From positions 147,560,001 through 147,624,000 of the forward strand of contig NC_043000.1 in assembly GCF_006345805.1 (NCBI RefSeq): a stretch of 64,000 bases of DNA, given 5' to 3'. Position numbers and translations under genes: made by a program. This document shows positions 1 to 11,729 of the stretch, piece after piece; the stretch's first letter is position 1, and every line of letters begins with the position of its first letter. This DNA is from Octopus sinensis. Lineage: Eukaryota. The notes beneath the pieces were generated by a model. It worked only from the letters and a program-made list of their open reading frames with translations. It made no database searches and was not told the DNA's origin.

Positions 1-2340
1 ACAGTTAGTGTCCTTTCCTCTCAAGAGATTATTAAGAATAGTGTTATGGTGTTGTTATAGTCACGAAAGACAACTTCGTCCAGTCCAAAGACCATGCTAT
101 ATGTCATCTATGAGGTTGTTTTCCTCAAGGTATGTAATTATTCTATTTTGGACAATGTGTTTGTTAATTCTAGATGCGTGGGATGTGAGAAAATAGGTTT
201 GTAATTTTTAGCTTCTGCCCTGTTACCCTTCTTTGTGTATAGGTGTTAGTATTGTCTTTCAGTAGTTTACCGGTATCTAGTGACTTTTGAAATAGTATAT
301 CTAATGGCTTCACAAGGCTATTTTTGCACGTTTTTAGCAGTATGAATCTAGGTCATTAACTGTAAGTATATCATCTATAATATTGTTAATTTTCAGATAT
401 GTCTGCAGTTAAGTCATAAGGATCAAAGAATTCAATTGGCTCATAATGTCAACTCAAGAATGTGCATATTTGTGATGGATCATTTGTATATGATCCATTT
501 TGATCCGTTAGAGAACCAATCTGAGTTTGTCTAGCTAATTTTTCTTTAGCAAAGTGGAAAAAGAACTAGAAATAGATTTTATATTTTACACTGCTTTGAT
601 GTTTCTTTTTCATGACACAGTTTTAGGTGCAATTTGGTGTTGTTTCCCCCCCCCCTTAATTGCATCTGTTGAGAGAGTTTAGTTTTTTTAGTTGTTTTGT
701 AGGTTTGGTTCTGTTACACATCAGTGTCTGTCTATCTCGTGGAATCAAGTGTTTGCAAGAATAGGCGAGTTTATATGGGGCATGCTTCAACAGATCCTAA
801 TTAACTCTTCATACAGAAACTTCAGTTCCTTGTTAACATTGAGGTTCCCAATGTCCGAAGAACAGCTTATTTTGAGGATTTCACTTTGTTTCCTTCCACT
901 TGGCCTTCCTGAAATTCAAGTTCATGTGGAGTGGGTTGTGTTTGATGTTATTTGTGTGTGTTGCCCTCTTTGATAATTGAATAATGTTGTGGTTGGAAAT
1001 AGCTGTGGGAATGACCTGAACATTGCGAATGAAATCTGTATTGGTGGTAAAGACTAGGTTGAGTATTTATTTCCCCTAGTTGGACGGGTAATCATTTGTT
1101 GCATGAGAGAGTCTTTAGTGGTGTCAAGTTGTTTAATTTCAGGTTGGATATAGCCCTCTGGTCAGCTGAGAGTAGGAAGATTAAAATCCCCTGCTAAAAG
1201 TACATTGGCCTGTGTGCTGGGCTCATTTGGGATTTGACTTATGAGCAACAAAGCATCTTTGCAGGGATCTCCCTAGTTAGCTTTGTCAGCAAGACAGTAA
1301 GTTAGTTAGTTAGTTAATACCTATGATCAAGATGAGGTCAATCACATGGATTATTAGTGTATCTTGCCCTATGTTGGAGTGAGAGAGGAGGACATTTGTT
1401 GCCAGGTCTTCTTAGATAAACATCATTATTTCTCTTTGTTTCCATATTCTGTAGTCAGTTCTGAGTAGTACATAACCTGACGTTTGTACATATGTACTTC
1501 CACATCCAATATGTCTGGGGTCAAGGACGCTTCACTTAGTGCTACACATATTGTCCTTTGTCACTGTACAAGGTCTCTCTCGTTGTTCAAAGTCTATAAG
1601 ATATGATACTTTTGTTTTATTTGTGATGTGTGGAAGACCTTGTACATTTTGCATTATTATTGAGTTGAGTTTATCAGTTAACGACAGCAGTGGTGTGGTT
1701 GTGCACTACGATAATAGCAGTGATTGGTGCTGTCTGAGAGCTAGGAGTTTTTTTTCTTGTTTTGGGAGGAGTTGTTGTCTGGAGTTGGTATGGTTGCACT
1801 ATTAATATGATTATAGTTATATTGTTTGCGGCCGTTGATTTTACTATTGTACCCAGTTGATATCTGGGTGGGTTTCTGGGTTTCGATGACAGTCTGAACC
1901 AACGCTACCACCGGAAGGGATGTTTCTCTTGTGGATTTGGTGGTGGTTTGGTGTCATACTTTTACTAGTTTATCGAGTCCCAGGAAGATAAGTTAAGAGA
2001 TAGTCACACGTCAGAAATAATCTTTTGTGTTGAGAATAGCAACAAATTTTGGGATTCCCGGTTACATGTGTAGAAGTTATTAAGTGTGATTTACATTTAG
2101 TGGTGGTTGTGTAAGATGTATGATTTCACATTGGCTGGTATTGCTTGTACAAATTGTGTGTCTTGTCCCAGGTAAATGGGTCAAATTACAGTCACTGCGT
2201 ATGCTTAGTCTCTCCTTTTGAGAACAGCGGCATATTTTGGGGTTTCGTGTGTTCATAATTTTTATTCTATTTACAGTTGGCAGATTTATCATTGAGTTGT
2301 CAGGTATATATTCAGATTGAGGTGAACAGTGGGAGGGGAG
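1..2340 (-). mobile_element. Old, disrupted CR1-type LINE (ORF1 remnant, APE endonuclease, start of RT), running off the left edge
   Basis: Minus-strand remnants include TPDILDVEVH / GYVLLRTD (~1450-1525), NVLLAGDFNLP (~1175-1207), RPTRGN..ILNLVFT and ISNHNII (~980-1090), and LLKTCKNSLVKPLDILFQKSLDTGK, IITYLEENNL, GRSCLS (~55-345). Cys/His-rich ORF1-like pieces lie at ~2000-2290. Many stops and frameshifts. Confidence 0.8.
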
Positions 2341-2451
2341 TGATTCTTCACTAATTCGAGTAGTAGTAGTGGTGGTAATGTAGCAGTAGAATAGGATGAC
2401 AATGGTGATGATGGATCGCTTGTGTCATTCTGAGAAGAATTTGAGTAGCTC

Positions 2452-2670
2452 TCGTTACCAACCCAGCTGAAACTGGCTCTGGTTCTGAGTACAAATGTCT
2501 TGTTTTCGTAAGTTTTGAATTAAAATCTTCCACCAAACCTTAGTCACAATTTATGTTCCTAACACTAGCTTAATGATAACTAAGTTATTTTACTAAAGTA
2601 TTTGTTATATTTAAAGTAATTGAAAGAAACACAGAGCATCCCAAAATAAATACAGTAACGAAAGGGTTAA
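2452..2670. mobile_element. TTAA-type (piggyBac-like) MITE, family T1
   Basis: Ends gtaacgaaagggTTAA. It is the reverse complement of the copy at 22251-22478. Left end is eroded. Confidence 0.7.
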
Positions 2671-2707
2671 CTGTGGAGAAGAGCTAAGGACTGTGTTGTT
2701 TTATGGG

Positions 2708-3058
2708 TCATCAGTTGTTCTAGTATTGAAGAGTATTGTTTAGTTGTGGCAAGGGTAGTAGCAATAGAACACGATGAGGGGCCCAGTTATGGCATTCAGA
2801 GGGAATGAGGAAGTGGATAGCTGGACTGTGAAGGACTCTTGATTGTGGAGTTTAATACGTCATCAGTTGTTCTAGTACTGAAGAGTCACTTCCAATGCTG
2901 ATTTTGTTGTTGCTATTGTTTAGTTGTGGTAAAACATAATGATACTGATGATAGGTCACTTTGGTATTCCCAAGGAAATGAGAAAGTGGATAGCCGGACT
3001 CTGATGGCTCTTCATTGTGAATTTGAATAGTTCATCAATTGTGCTAGAACTGAGGAGT
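2708..3058. repeat. Degenerate tandem repeat, about 2.3 copies of a 150-170 nt unit
   Basis: tcatcagttgttctagta recurs near 2708, 2860 and (degenerate) 3032. aagtggatagc recurs near 2811 and 2984. Confidence 0.65.
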
Positions 3059-3072
3059 GGCCTTGGTTATTG

Positions 3073-3127
<55 letters not shown>

Positions 3128-3130
<3 letters not shown>

Positions 3131-3340
3131 TCTTTTACTTGTTTCAGTCATTTGACTGCGGCCATGCTGGAGCACCGCCTTTAATCGAGCAACTCGACCC
3201 CGGGACTTATTCTTTTGTAAGCCCAGTACTTATTCTATCGGTCTCTTTTGCCAAACCGCTAAGTAATGGGGACATAAACACACCAGCATCGGTTGTCAAG
3301 CAATGCTAGGGGGACAAACACAGACACACAAACACACACA

Positions 3341-3416
<76 letters not shown>

Positions 3417-3571
3417 TACGACGGGCTTCTTTCAGTTTCTGTCTACCAAATCCAATCACAAGGCTTTGGTCGGCCCGAGGCTATAGTAGAGGACACTTGC
3501 CCAAGGTGCCACGCAGTGGGATTGAACCCGGAACAATGTGGTTGGTAAACAAACTACTTACCACACAGCCA
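3128..3571 (-). mobile_element. SINE family A (tRNA-like head, CORE-like block, internal (TA)n/(TG)n, (gtaaaaga)n tail)
   Basis: Near-identical to six other copies in the window. Head tggctgtgtggtaag...ggttcaatccc, block caccttgggcaagtgtc, tail gactgaaacaagtaaaagag. Abuts a long (TA)n at ~3075-3128. Confidence 0.9.
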
Positions 3572-4380
3572 TTCATATAGATATATATACACACACATAT
3601 ATGTGTATAATTTTAATGTTGAGGAAGCTTTAGTTCAGTAATATATCTTTCTAGCAATTTGTGGTGGGGGAGGGGGTTTATTTTTATTTAGTTTTGTTCT
3701 TTATTCTTATTTTGTGAAGAAACCTAACTTCAAGCAACTTTTTATAGATCAATTTTTAAACACTATTTTCTAAGCATGAGAGAGGCAATAGTGAATTTTG
3801 CACCCCCAACAAAATTTTAGGGAGTGCAAGTGCCACCCCCTGTTCCCAGGCCTAATGATATCAATGTGTATGAATATATAAATTTTTTATGTCCACTTTT
3901 CCATGCTCACTTGAATCAGATGAAATTTCTTGGAGCAGATCTCCTCTGGCCAGATGCACTCTTCTTGTGGCCAACCTTTAGCTGTTTCCAGCATGAACAG
4001 CACAACAGCTGGACATGGTTTCATGGAAGATTGCAAACTAATACATGACAGTGACATTTGTTTACAACAAGTGTGCAATGTCAAGACAGGGACACTTATA
4101 TATACATGCATGTGCATACACACACACACACACGTGCTCTCATATATACATGCATACATATCTTGCATGTACATAATGGGCTTCTTTCAGTTTTCATCAC
4201 CCAAAGCCACTCTCAGAACTCTGGTTGGCTTGGAACTATAGTGGAACACATTTGCTCAAGGTGTCACGCAATGAGACTGAACCTAAAACTACGTGTTTGC
4301 ATTTTTTGACAAACCTGCTTCACACTAAGATACTCCTTACAGCACACAGTTTGAGGGCCATCGCTCTATGCATTCAGTTT

Positions 4381-4751
4381 CTAAGCGGAGGAAAGGAAAC
4401 CAACCGGGATTCCCTAAGTAATGGCGAGTGAACCGGGAGAAGCCCAACGTTGAATCTCGTCGGCCGCGCCGGTCATCCAGAGCTGTGGCGCAAGGGTCGT
4501 ACACGGTCAATCGTTTCGCCCGGCTAGGTTCAGAGTCCCCTCGATCGGGGCTGCCCAGAGCGGGTGCCAGGCTCATTCGGAGCCGGCGGTGTTCATCGGC
4601 CCGAGAGTCGGGTTGCTTGGGAACGCAGCCCAAAGCGGGTGGTAAGCTCCATCCAAGGCTAAATATGGGGATGAGTCCGATAGCCGACAAGTACCGCGAG
4701 GGGAAGTTGAAAAGAACTTTGGAGAGAGAGTTCAAGAGACCGTGAAACCGC
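4381..4751 (+). pseudogene. Isolated fragment of 28S (LSU) rRNA 5' region (D1 domain and flanking conserved cores)
   Basis: Contains LSU hallmarks TAAGCGGAGGAAAGGAAAC, AGTAATGGCGAGTGAA, GAGTCGGGTTGCTTGGGAACGCAGCCCAAAGCGGGTGGTAA, ACAAGTACCGCGAGGGAAGTTGAAAAGAACTTT and CGTGAAACCG. GC/CpG-rich island in AT-rich DNA. No 5.8S, ITS or remainder of 28S adjacent. Confidence 0.93.
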
Positions 4752-4958
4752 CCTATATGTCTTGTAGTGTTGTTTTTATGACCATGTCAAAAAATACCAG
4801 GATCAATGCACAAGTATGCATGAACTTTAGATTCAATTAAAGGAAATGAAAATTCACTGCATGCAAAACATTTTGTGAAGCAACTCACTAACTGATCCAC
4901 CTTAATATCAAGCAGAGCTAAGTGAGCAGAGGTGAATTGTTTTATCATATTCAAGACT

Positions 4959-4989
<31 letters not shown>

Positions 4990-5374
4990 AGAACAAGAAG
5001 TCTGTTACTAGTTAATATTAACTCACAATGGACTATGGTTTATTAAATTCACAATTAAAGTAATAAAGATAAGAAATGAGAGATTTTGAAAGCTGCCTTT
5101 GTAAAAGCAACATAGCTATAACAATTTCTTGGATGGAAATAAAGTATTATAGGTAGTAGTAGTAGTAGTAAGACCCAATGAAATAGACAATTTACGAGTT
5201 GGATAGGTCACAAGAACAGCAATATATTCAATTACAATTGTAAAGTGTTAGACAAAAAAAAAATTTCAGAATAAATGGATACCATTACAAGTGCACCCTA
5301 AATTATATGAATATATCATTCAATTGTTATCAGGGATAAAGAAAGCAATGAGACAAGGAAGTATCACAGAGGCT

Positions 5375-5412
<38 letters not shown>

Positions 5413-6549
5413 TATATATATATATTTATATAAAATATTTGGTGGAAACACTAGAGGCAGGTGGGATGTTGGAGAGGTGTATCTGAAGATAGTGAATGAA
5501 ACAATTAAGAATATGGAAAGCAGAAGCTCCTTCAGGGTTAATGTTCCATTAGTTAGTCGCTTAGTTAATAAATTCACACTAAATTTATTATCAATACTGA
5601 TTGGTATGTTACTGCCAATATGAACTGCTGTAAATGTAAAGATACACTTGAGAGAAGAAATGTCAAAGTTCTTAAAGATGGTAGAGAGTAGAAATTTTTA
5701 ATTAACTTTATGTTAAAATTTTTTTACTTGCATCTTATTTTGAAATCCTCAAATGAACAAAGTAATAATGCTATCGGCAATATTGATGTATTTTCAGTTT
5801 AAAATATGATTTCAGTATTTTTAGATTTCTACATCTCATCATTATCATTTTGTCTGCTTTCCGTGCTGGTATGGGTCAGATGGGATGCCACAATCCAAGA
5901 CAGTTCTTTATCAGGATTACACGGAGGATTACATATTACTTTCGTTTTATTTTTGGCACGGTTTCTATGCCTTGATGCTACCTGTCATTGACCACTTTGT
6001 AGAGTACTGAGTGTATATTATTATGACCCCAGCACCAATGAGATTACTTTATACCCAGTAACACTAAAGAGCCCTCTCTAATCTAGGATGTGTTCATTCA
6101 CCCAAAGTATAAACCAGAATGGTGAACAGAGAAACTGATGACAGAAGAGCCAGGTTAGAGGGAATGAGTATGTAATGGTAGAAACAGGGTGGATTCAGGT
6201 GAGTAGGTGATAGAGAGCAAGGGCAAATGATGTATAGTGATGGTGGACAGTGATAAGATTGAGTGATGGGAGAGTGTATTGATTAGAAACAGATCCAATG
6301 CAATTCCTTACACATAGGCCTTTTGATAAGATTAGTGGTAGTAAGGGTTACTGGATATAGATAGGTCCAATACCTATTAAGAAAATAGGAGAGAGAGGGT
6401 GAGTGTCAGGAAAATGGGTTGGTTTGACAGAACCAAAACCATTTCGAATCACACAGGCAGTATGATACAATGAATAGGAGAGATCAGCTTTTCTGGACTA
6501 CAGCATAGTGAAAGAGAGCTGTGATAGGGAGACGAGAATGTATCTAGAA

Positions 6550-6750
6550 CAGTGGTTTTCAACCAGGGTTCCGCCAGTACAGTCCAGGTGTTCCACAAGA
6601 AGTTACAAAACTTGCTAAATCGGCAGTTATTTTTAATTTTCCTGTGCAGATATGTGTGCATAAGACTATTAAATTATTGCACAGGGGTTCCTCGAGCCAG
6701 TGGAATGTTTCCTTGGGGTTCCGCTCCAGCAAAAAGTTTGAAAAGCACTG
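6550..6750. mobile_element. hAT (Charlie/Buster-type) MITE, 201 bp
   Basis: TIRs CAGTGGTTTTCAA / TTGAAAAGCACTG. 8-bp TSD atctagaa / atctagag. Inverted sister copy at 45726-45927. Confidence 0.9.
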
Positions 6751-6809
6751 ATCTAGAGAGATAAGACAGTAGATATAGATTTAGCTGGGACTATTGGACT
6801 AGGGAAACA

Positions 6810-8400
6810 AATATAGATGCCTCCAAGCTTCCACCATTACTGCTCATTTTTAATACTTTTAGTGTTCATTTCACCATGCCTGCATATGTGGGTAGGTTTT
6901 CTCAAATACTGTCACCAATCATATCTTTATTATCTCCTTTGTGGGGCACAGGATCTTGAGATCATTCTTCAGCCTTTCAGTCCATATCTTCCTTGGTCTC
7001 CCTCAACTTCAGTGCCCAGCACTTCATTGTACAATCTTGATCTTTCATACAAATCACATGCTCAAACCAGCAGTCTTCTCTTTTGTAGACTACATCTGAT
7101 TCTCTTTTATCTAGTTTATTCTCTGAGTTTATTTGTACTCTGTTGTTCATGCACTCTAACATTATACATGCATACTGGGTACACAGTATGGAATTCCTAC
7201 CTGCTCCTTTACTGCATATTGAGCCAGGCCTTTTCTTTGGTGTTAGTAGGGTCCTGTCTTTCCTTTATACTAATGCTTAAGTCTTCATTAAGTTTACTTT
7301 GAGCTTCTTGATTTTGTTTCCTGGTTTAAATTAAATTGTATTTAATTCAGCTATGAAAACTAGGTCATCAGCATACAAGAACACTTATAGACAACTAGTC
7401 TTCAACTTCTTTGTTATTGCATAGAGGACTATGATAAATAGAAGTAGATTGAGAGCTGATCCCTGGTGGAACCCTACATGCAACTTAATTTCTTTGCTTT
7501 ACTCATTGCTGGCTCCCATATTGAGGGCAGCATCCCAGTATGTGGTTTGCATGGCCCTTGTAAGCCATTTGTTGATCACTAGTTTCCATAGTGACTGCCA
7601 AATCAAGGAACCTGTCAAAATTTTCTCTAGGTTTATGAATGTTAGATGCAGCAGCTTACTCTGAGCTCAGTAGTTTTGCAGTTGTCTCTCTAGAAAGATG
7701 GCCCCAGTAGTTCTTCTTTCTGGCACAATCTCTACTGCATATCTTCTAGGTTACTTTTTTCCTAACCAGTTGGGCTGTAACTCTTTCTCTGTTCCAACAT
7801 TTGCTATTTAATGCCTCTGTAAATTCCTGTCTCTAGTGCATTGTTGTTGCCCTTGCAGCAGTTAATGATGACACTGCCACACCAGTCATTGAATATGATA
7901 CATATTTCTTTACTACCCACAAGGGTCTAAACATAGAGGGGACAAACAAGGACAGACAAAGGGATTAAGTCGATTATATCGACCCTAGTGCGTAACTGGT
8001 ACTTAATTTATCGACCCCGAAAGGATGAAAGGCAAAGTCGACCTCGGCAGAATTTGAACTCAGAACGTAAAGACAGACGAAATACCGCTAAGCATTTCGC
8101 CTGGCGTGCTAACGTTTCTGCCAACTCGCCGCCTTACAATTGATATGAATATGATACCTTTCTGCTTGATTATGCAAGTGACCAACCCACACCCTACTCT
8201 GCCAGATATTTTAATCATTGTAGCATCTATCCCCAAATGGACCAGGGTTATTTTCCACCTTTATGTCCTTCATTTCTCTGTCTTCTATACAGTTGTAAAC
8301 TTGAATGTTAGGCCCCTTTGTTGGGTCTGAGTAGAGTTTTTCTTTCCCATGCTTCATCCATTCTTAAGAGCCTCTTATAGAAGCACTTCCATACCTCTTT
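6810..8400 (-). mobile_element. Old degraded RTE LINE fragments (RT and C-terminus), interrupted by a SINE
   Basis: Minus strand gives VGFHQGSALNLLLFII and LYADDLVFIAE (~7345-7478) and GRPRKIW...KNDLKIL (~6950-7005). Boundaries are approximate. Confidence 0.7.
7903..8134 (-). mobile_element. SINE family B (head ggcggcgagctggcagaa, central gtcgactttgcctttcatcctttcggggtcgataaa)
   Basis: Matches three other copies. Direct repeat tgaatatgatac at 7890-7901 and 8146-8157 is a probable TSD. Confidence 0.88.
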
Positions 8401-9294
8401 CCTTTTTGGTGTCAGTAAGAGTAAGTGTGCCATTATTGTTCCAAAGTGATAACATCTGGGTTGAATCTTTTATTCCCATGTTGCAATCATTAGTCACCAA
8501 TAAAATAATTATATATATTTAGATTCAGTAAAAATGAAAGTTATAGATCATCGACTTTACATGTCTTATATATTATTGACAAAAGACAGAGAAAGCAAAT
8601 ATTGATTGCGTTTTCCTGGGCACATGGTTGTAAGCAACAGAATCTATCTATTTGATTTTAGTATAATCTAGTACTTATTTTATTGACTCAGAAAGGGATG
8701 AAACGTAGGCAGACAGGAAAACAAATTTGAAGTAAGAGAAGATATTGTTGATTTTACACAAGAGGGAAACGTAACTGCAGTAACCTGTTTATTTTATATA
8801 CCAGTACAGAATGATTGATATAATGACTTACTAATTAGTGGTGATAATAAACAAAATTAAATGAGTGGCGAAACATTTTTTTCTGATTTTCACAGAAATT
8901 AACTTTTTCAATACCAACTCATTCAAAATTGAGCTAAATCAAAGTGTATGTACCTAAGTTAAAATCCCATAATTACGTGATTGATATCAGCAGATCTCTA
9001 TGGATAAGTTTCAAATTAGATTCATGCAAGAATTCTTAATAACAGTTAAATATATAAAAGAAAAGGTTGATTGTTTGACTAAACCTATCCAAATTCGTGA
9101 CTGTTGACAGTATATTTTTATAGGAAATATTGTCATGAAAGAGTTAAAAAGCCATACCTGTCTAGATGAGTCCTCTTCAATTTACCTGCAGTCAGCATGT
9201 TAACTTAGAGATTTTGTATGTTGATGTTGAATTTTTTTCTCACAATAGTTAACTAATTAAATATCATTCTATATACTAAGTTGATTCAATACCT

Positions 9295-9514
9295 ATTTCT
9301 TTACTACCCACAAGGGGCTAAACACAGAGAGGACAAACAAGGACAGACAAACGGTTTAAGTCGATTATATCGACCCCAGGGTACTTATTTAATCGACCCC
9401 GAAAGGATGAAAGGCAAAGTTGACCTCGGCGGAATTTGAACTCAGAATGTAGCGGCAGATGAAATACCACTAAGCATTTAGCCCGGCGCGCTAACGATTC
9501 TGCCAGCTCGCCGC
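9295..9514 (-). mobile_element. SINE family B copy
   Basis: Same head, centre and gggtagtaaagaaata tail as 11074-11301, with a small internal deletion. Confidence 0.85.
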
Positions 9515-10093
9515 TTACCCTTTCCTTGATGGGTGGCCTTGTGCCAATATATAAAATCATTATTATTTATCAGTAATTTATTCTGTTATACTAGATGCTC
9601 TGTTGTATCCAAAGTGTCATTACAGTATTTTGAGTTCATTGTGATTCAACTTTGTCTTTCATTCACAGAAATAAAATTGGTATCACTACATTATATATTA
9701 ACAATAATTACTTCATTTTTTTTTTTTTGTACCAGAAACATTGGCCTTGCCCAATCATTGCCTCTTACTACTAAAATAAACTTAGAACTGTATTTTTACG
9801 CACCAAAAAATTGTTGCCAAGTTGTAATTTCTCAGATCTTATTTCATGATTACATTTACTTGTTAGATATTTCGCCAAGATTTGGTGTGTCACACACTAA
9901 CATTTATGCAATTTCATCAACAATTGCATCTGTAAAAACATGCCCTCAATTGGCATTTAGGTTATTGAAAAAGTTGGTTCTTAGTCACATTCTAGACCAG
10001 GGGTTCTCATCTATTTTTTTATCTACGGACCCCTTTGATTGCTATTTTATTCTGGTGGTCCCCCATAGCCATTCAATCAATATTTAAAACTCA

Positions 10094-10469
10094 TCTTTAT
10101 ATATAAAAGTGAGGTTGTGTGCTGTCTGTCTCCTACGATTTAGATTCCTAACTACCCCTACATTTTGCAGTGCAGTTTAACCAAAACCGGGTATCTTATA
10201 GTCGTGATTCACATCGAGCCCTTCTGGGTATTAACGCACGTCTATGATTTAAAAAAAAATTTACCATCAATTTTTCCCATTTTTAATGTATTTTTGGCAT
10301 ATATAAGGGAAGTAACTCTCTAAAAATTTATTAAATCTCAGAACGTAAAAAGCTACAGCCCCCCTTTGTGGTTAGCCATATTGAGATGGCTATTATACTT
10401 TACATCTCTAAAAATGCTTATATAGTTATTTCCCTTACAAACCCAAGCAACGCTGGGCGATACTGCTAG
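10094..10469 (+). mobile_element. Non-autonomous Helitron-like element H1
   Basis: A|TCTTTATATATAAAAG 5' end. 3' hairpin-type motif cccaagcaacgctggg followed by CTAG|T. No TSD. Sister copy at 24199-24597. Confidence 0.8.
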
Positions 10470-10601
10470 TTTTATATAAACTTCTTTTAAAATTCCTATT
10501 AACTTGTGTAGCTTCAACTATGTAAAATGTTAGCGAAAGAAACCGAGCTGTTTCTTGCAATACATACCAATACATTTAAAATGAAATTTTTTCAGGGACC
10601 T

Positions 10602-10826
10602 TTAACTCTTTAGTGTTCTGATTATTCTATCAAACATAATGCTAATTGTTTCACATTGATTTGAATTAATCATGCATTATCTCATATCTTCAAGATCTTG
10701 ATGGTGTAATTACTTAATGTAGAATAACATTGTAGGGTAGATGTGAGAGCCTGTATCTGGTGTTTGAACATAAAACAGATTAAATATTTTGGCCGGATAT
10801 GGCCGGTTTAAATACTAAAGGGTTAA
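10602..10826. mobile_element. TTAA-type MITE, family T2
   Basis: TTAActctttag ... ctaaagggTTAA termini. Homologous to 46066-46297 and ~17858-18046. Confidence 0.75.
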
Positions 10827-11073
10827 AATAATATTGTAGATCCCCAATTTACTATCTTGTTGCGTGGACCCCCATAAATCTTATATGGACCCTCAGGGGT
10901 CATGTGGACTGTGGTTTAGAACCACTGTTCTAGATCATACACTACCAGAAAATTGAAAATTAAATGCAAAGAATGAACAAAGTTTTACATAAATTAAGTT
11001 TAGAACCATGGTCATGAGCATAACTCAATGCCTGCATTAATAGTTGCTAGTTTACACGATATTCAATGCTAAA

Positions 11074-11301
11074 GGCGGCGAGCTGGCAGAATCGTTAGCA
11101 CGCCGGCCGGAATGCCTAGCGGTATTTCGGCTGCTATGTTCTGAGTTCAAATTCTGCCGAGGTCGACTTTGCCTTTCATCCTTTCGGGGTTGATAAATTA
11201 AGTACCAGTTATGCACTGGGGTCGATGTAATTGACTTAATCCGTTTGTCTGTCCTTGTTTGTCCCCTCTGTGTTATGCTCCTTGTGGGTAGTAAAGAAAC
11301 A
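11074..11301 (+). mobile_element. SINE family B, full length with a perfect 16-bp TSD
   Basis: TSD gatattcaatgctaaa at 11058-11073 and 11302-11317. A-box-like tggcagaatcgtt and B-box gagttcaaatt. Confidence 0.93.
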
Positions 11302-11729
11302 GATATTCAATGCTAAATAAAGTTCTGTCATTTCTCTAAGTATAAGACCATTATTTTTTGTGCGCATGTGTGTTTTATGATATAGTGAGTAGTTTTCAAA
11401 ATATTTTACCCATATTTCTCTGTTTGTTATTTAGTGTTATTGCATCATTTTATTTTGCTCTAATTAGTGGTGGAAATAAAAATTAATATGAGTGGGGAAA
11501 ACAAGTTTGTTACTTTGTCTAAAAAAGCAAAAAAAAAAAAAAAAAAAATTCCCATATCAGTGTCTCAAAATTTATAAATCAAACAAAAACACTATAAAGT
11601 TTCCATATTACTCTTGTTCTGACAAGTGGCTTTAATAGAATCCAAGATATGTTGGGCTCGAGCTGTTTTCTTGCTGCAATTACAGCTATGAAAATTTATA
11701 AAGGAAGTACTCATGGTTTACATTTATTA

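Larger units (their letters stand above)
9998..10927. mobile_element. hAT-type non-autonomous element hosting two nested insertions
   Basis: Termini CAGGGGTTCTCA / AGAACCACTG. 8-bp TSD ttctagac (9990-9997) / ttctagat (10928-10935). Subterminal ggaccc motifs. Confidence 0.82.

Noticed and set aside
4337-4745. ORFs of 132 aa (-) and 105 aa (+)
   Set aside because: Chance translations of the GC-rich 28S rRNA fragment.
4381-4751. Functional rRNA gene or rDNA array
   Set aside because: Only ~370 nt is present, with no 18S, 5.8S, spacers or rest of 28S.
9533-10087. 184-aa ORF, and similarly the 161-aa ORF at 6817-7302
   Set aside because: No recognisable domain and AT-rich composition. The first runs into a hAT element, and the second is antisense to a decayed RTE.
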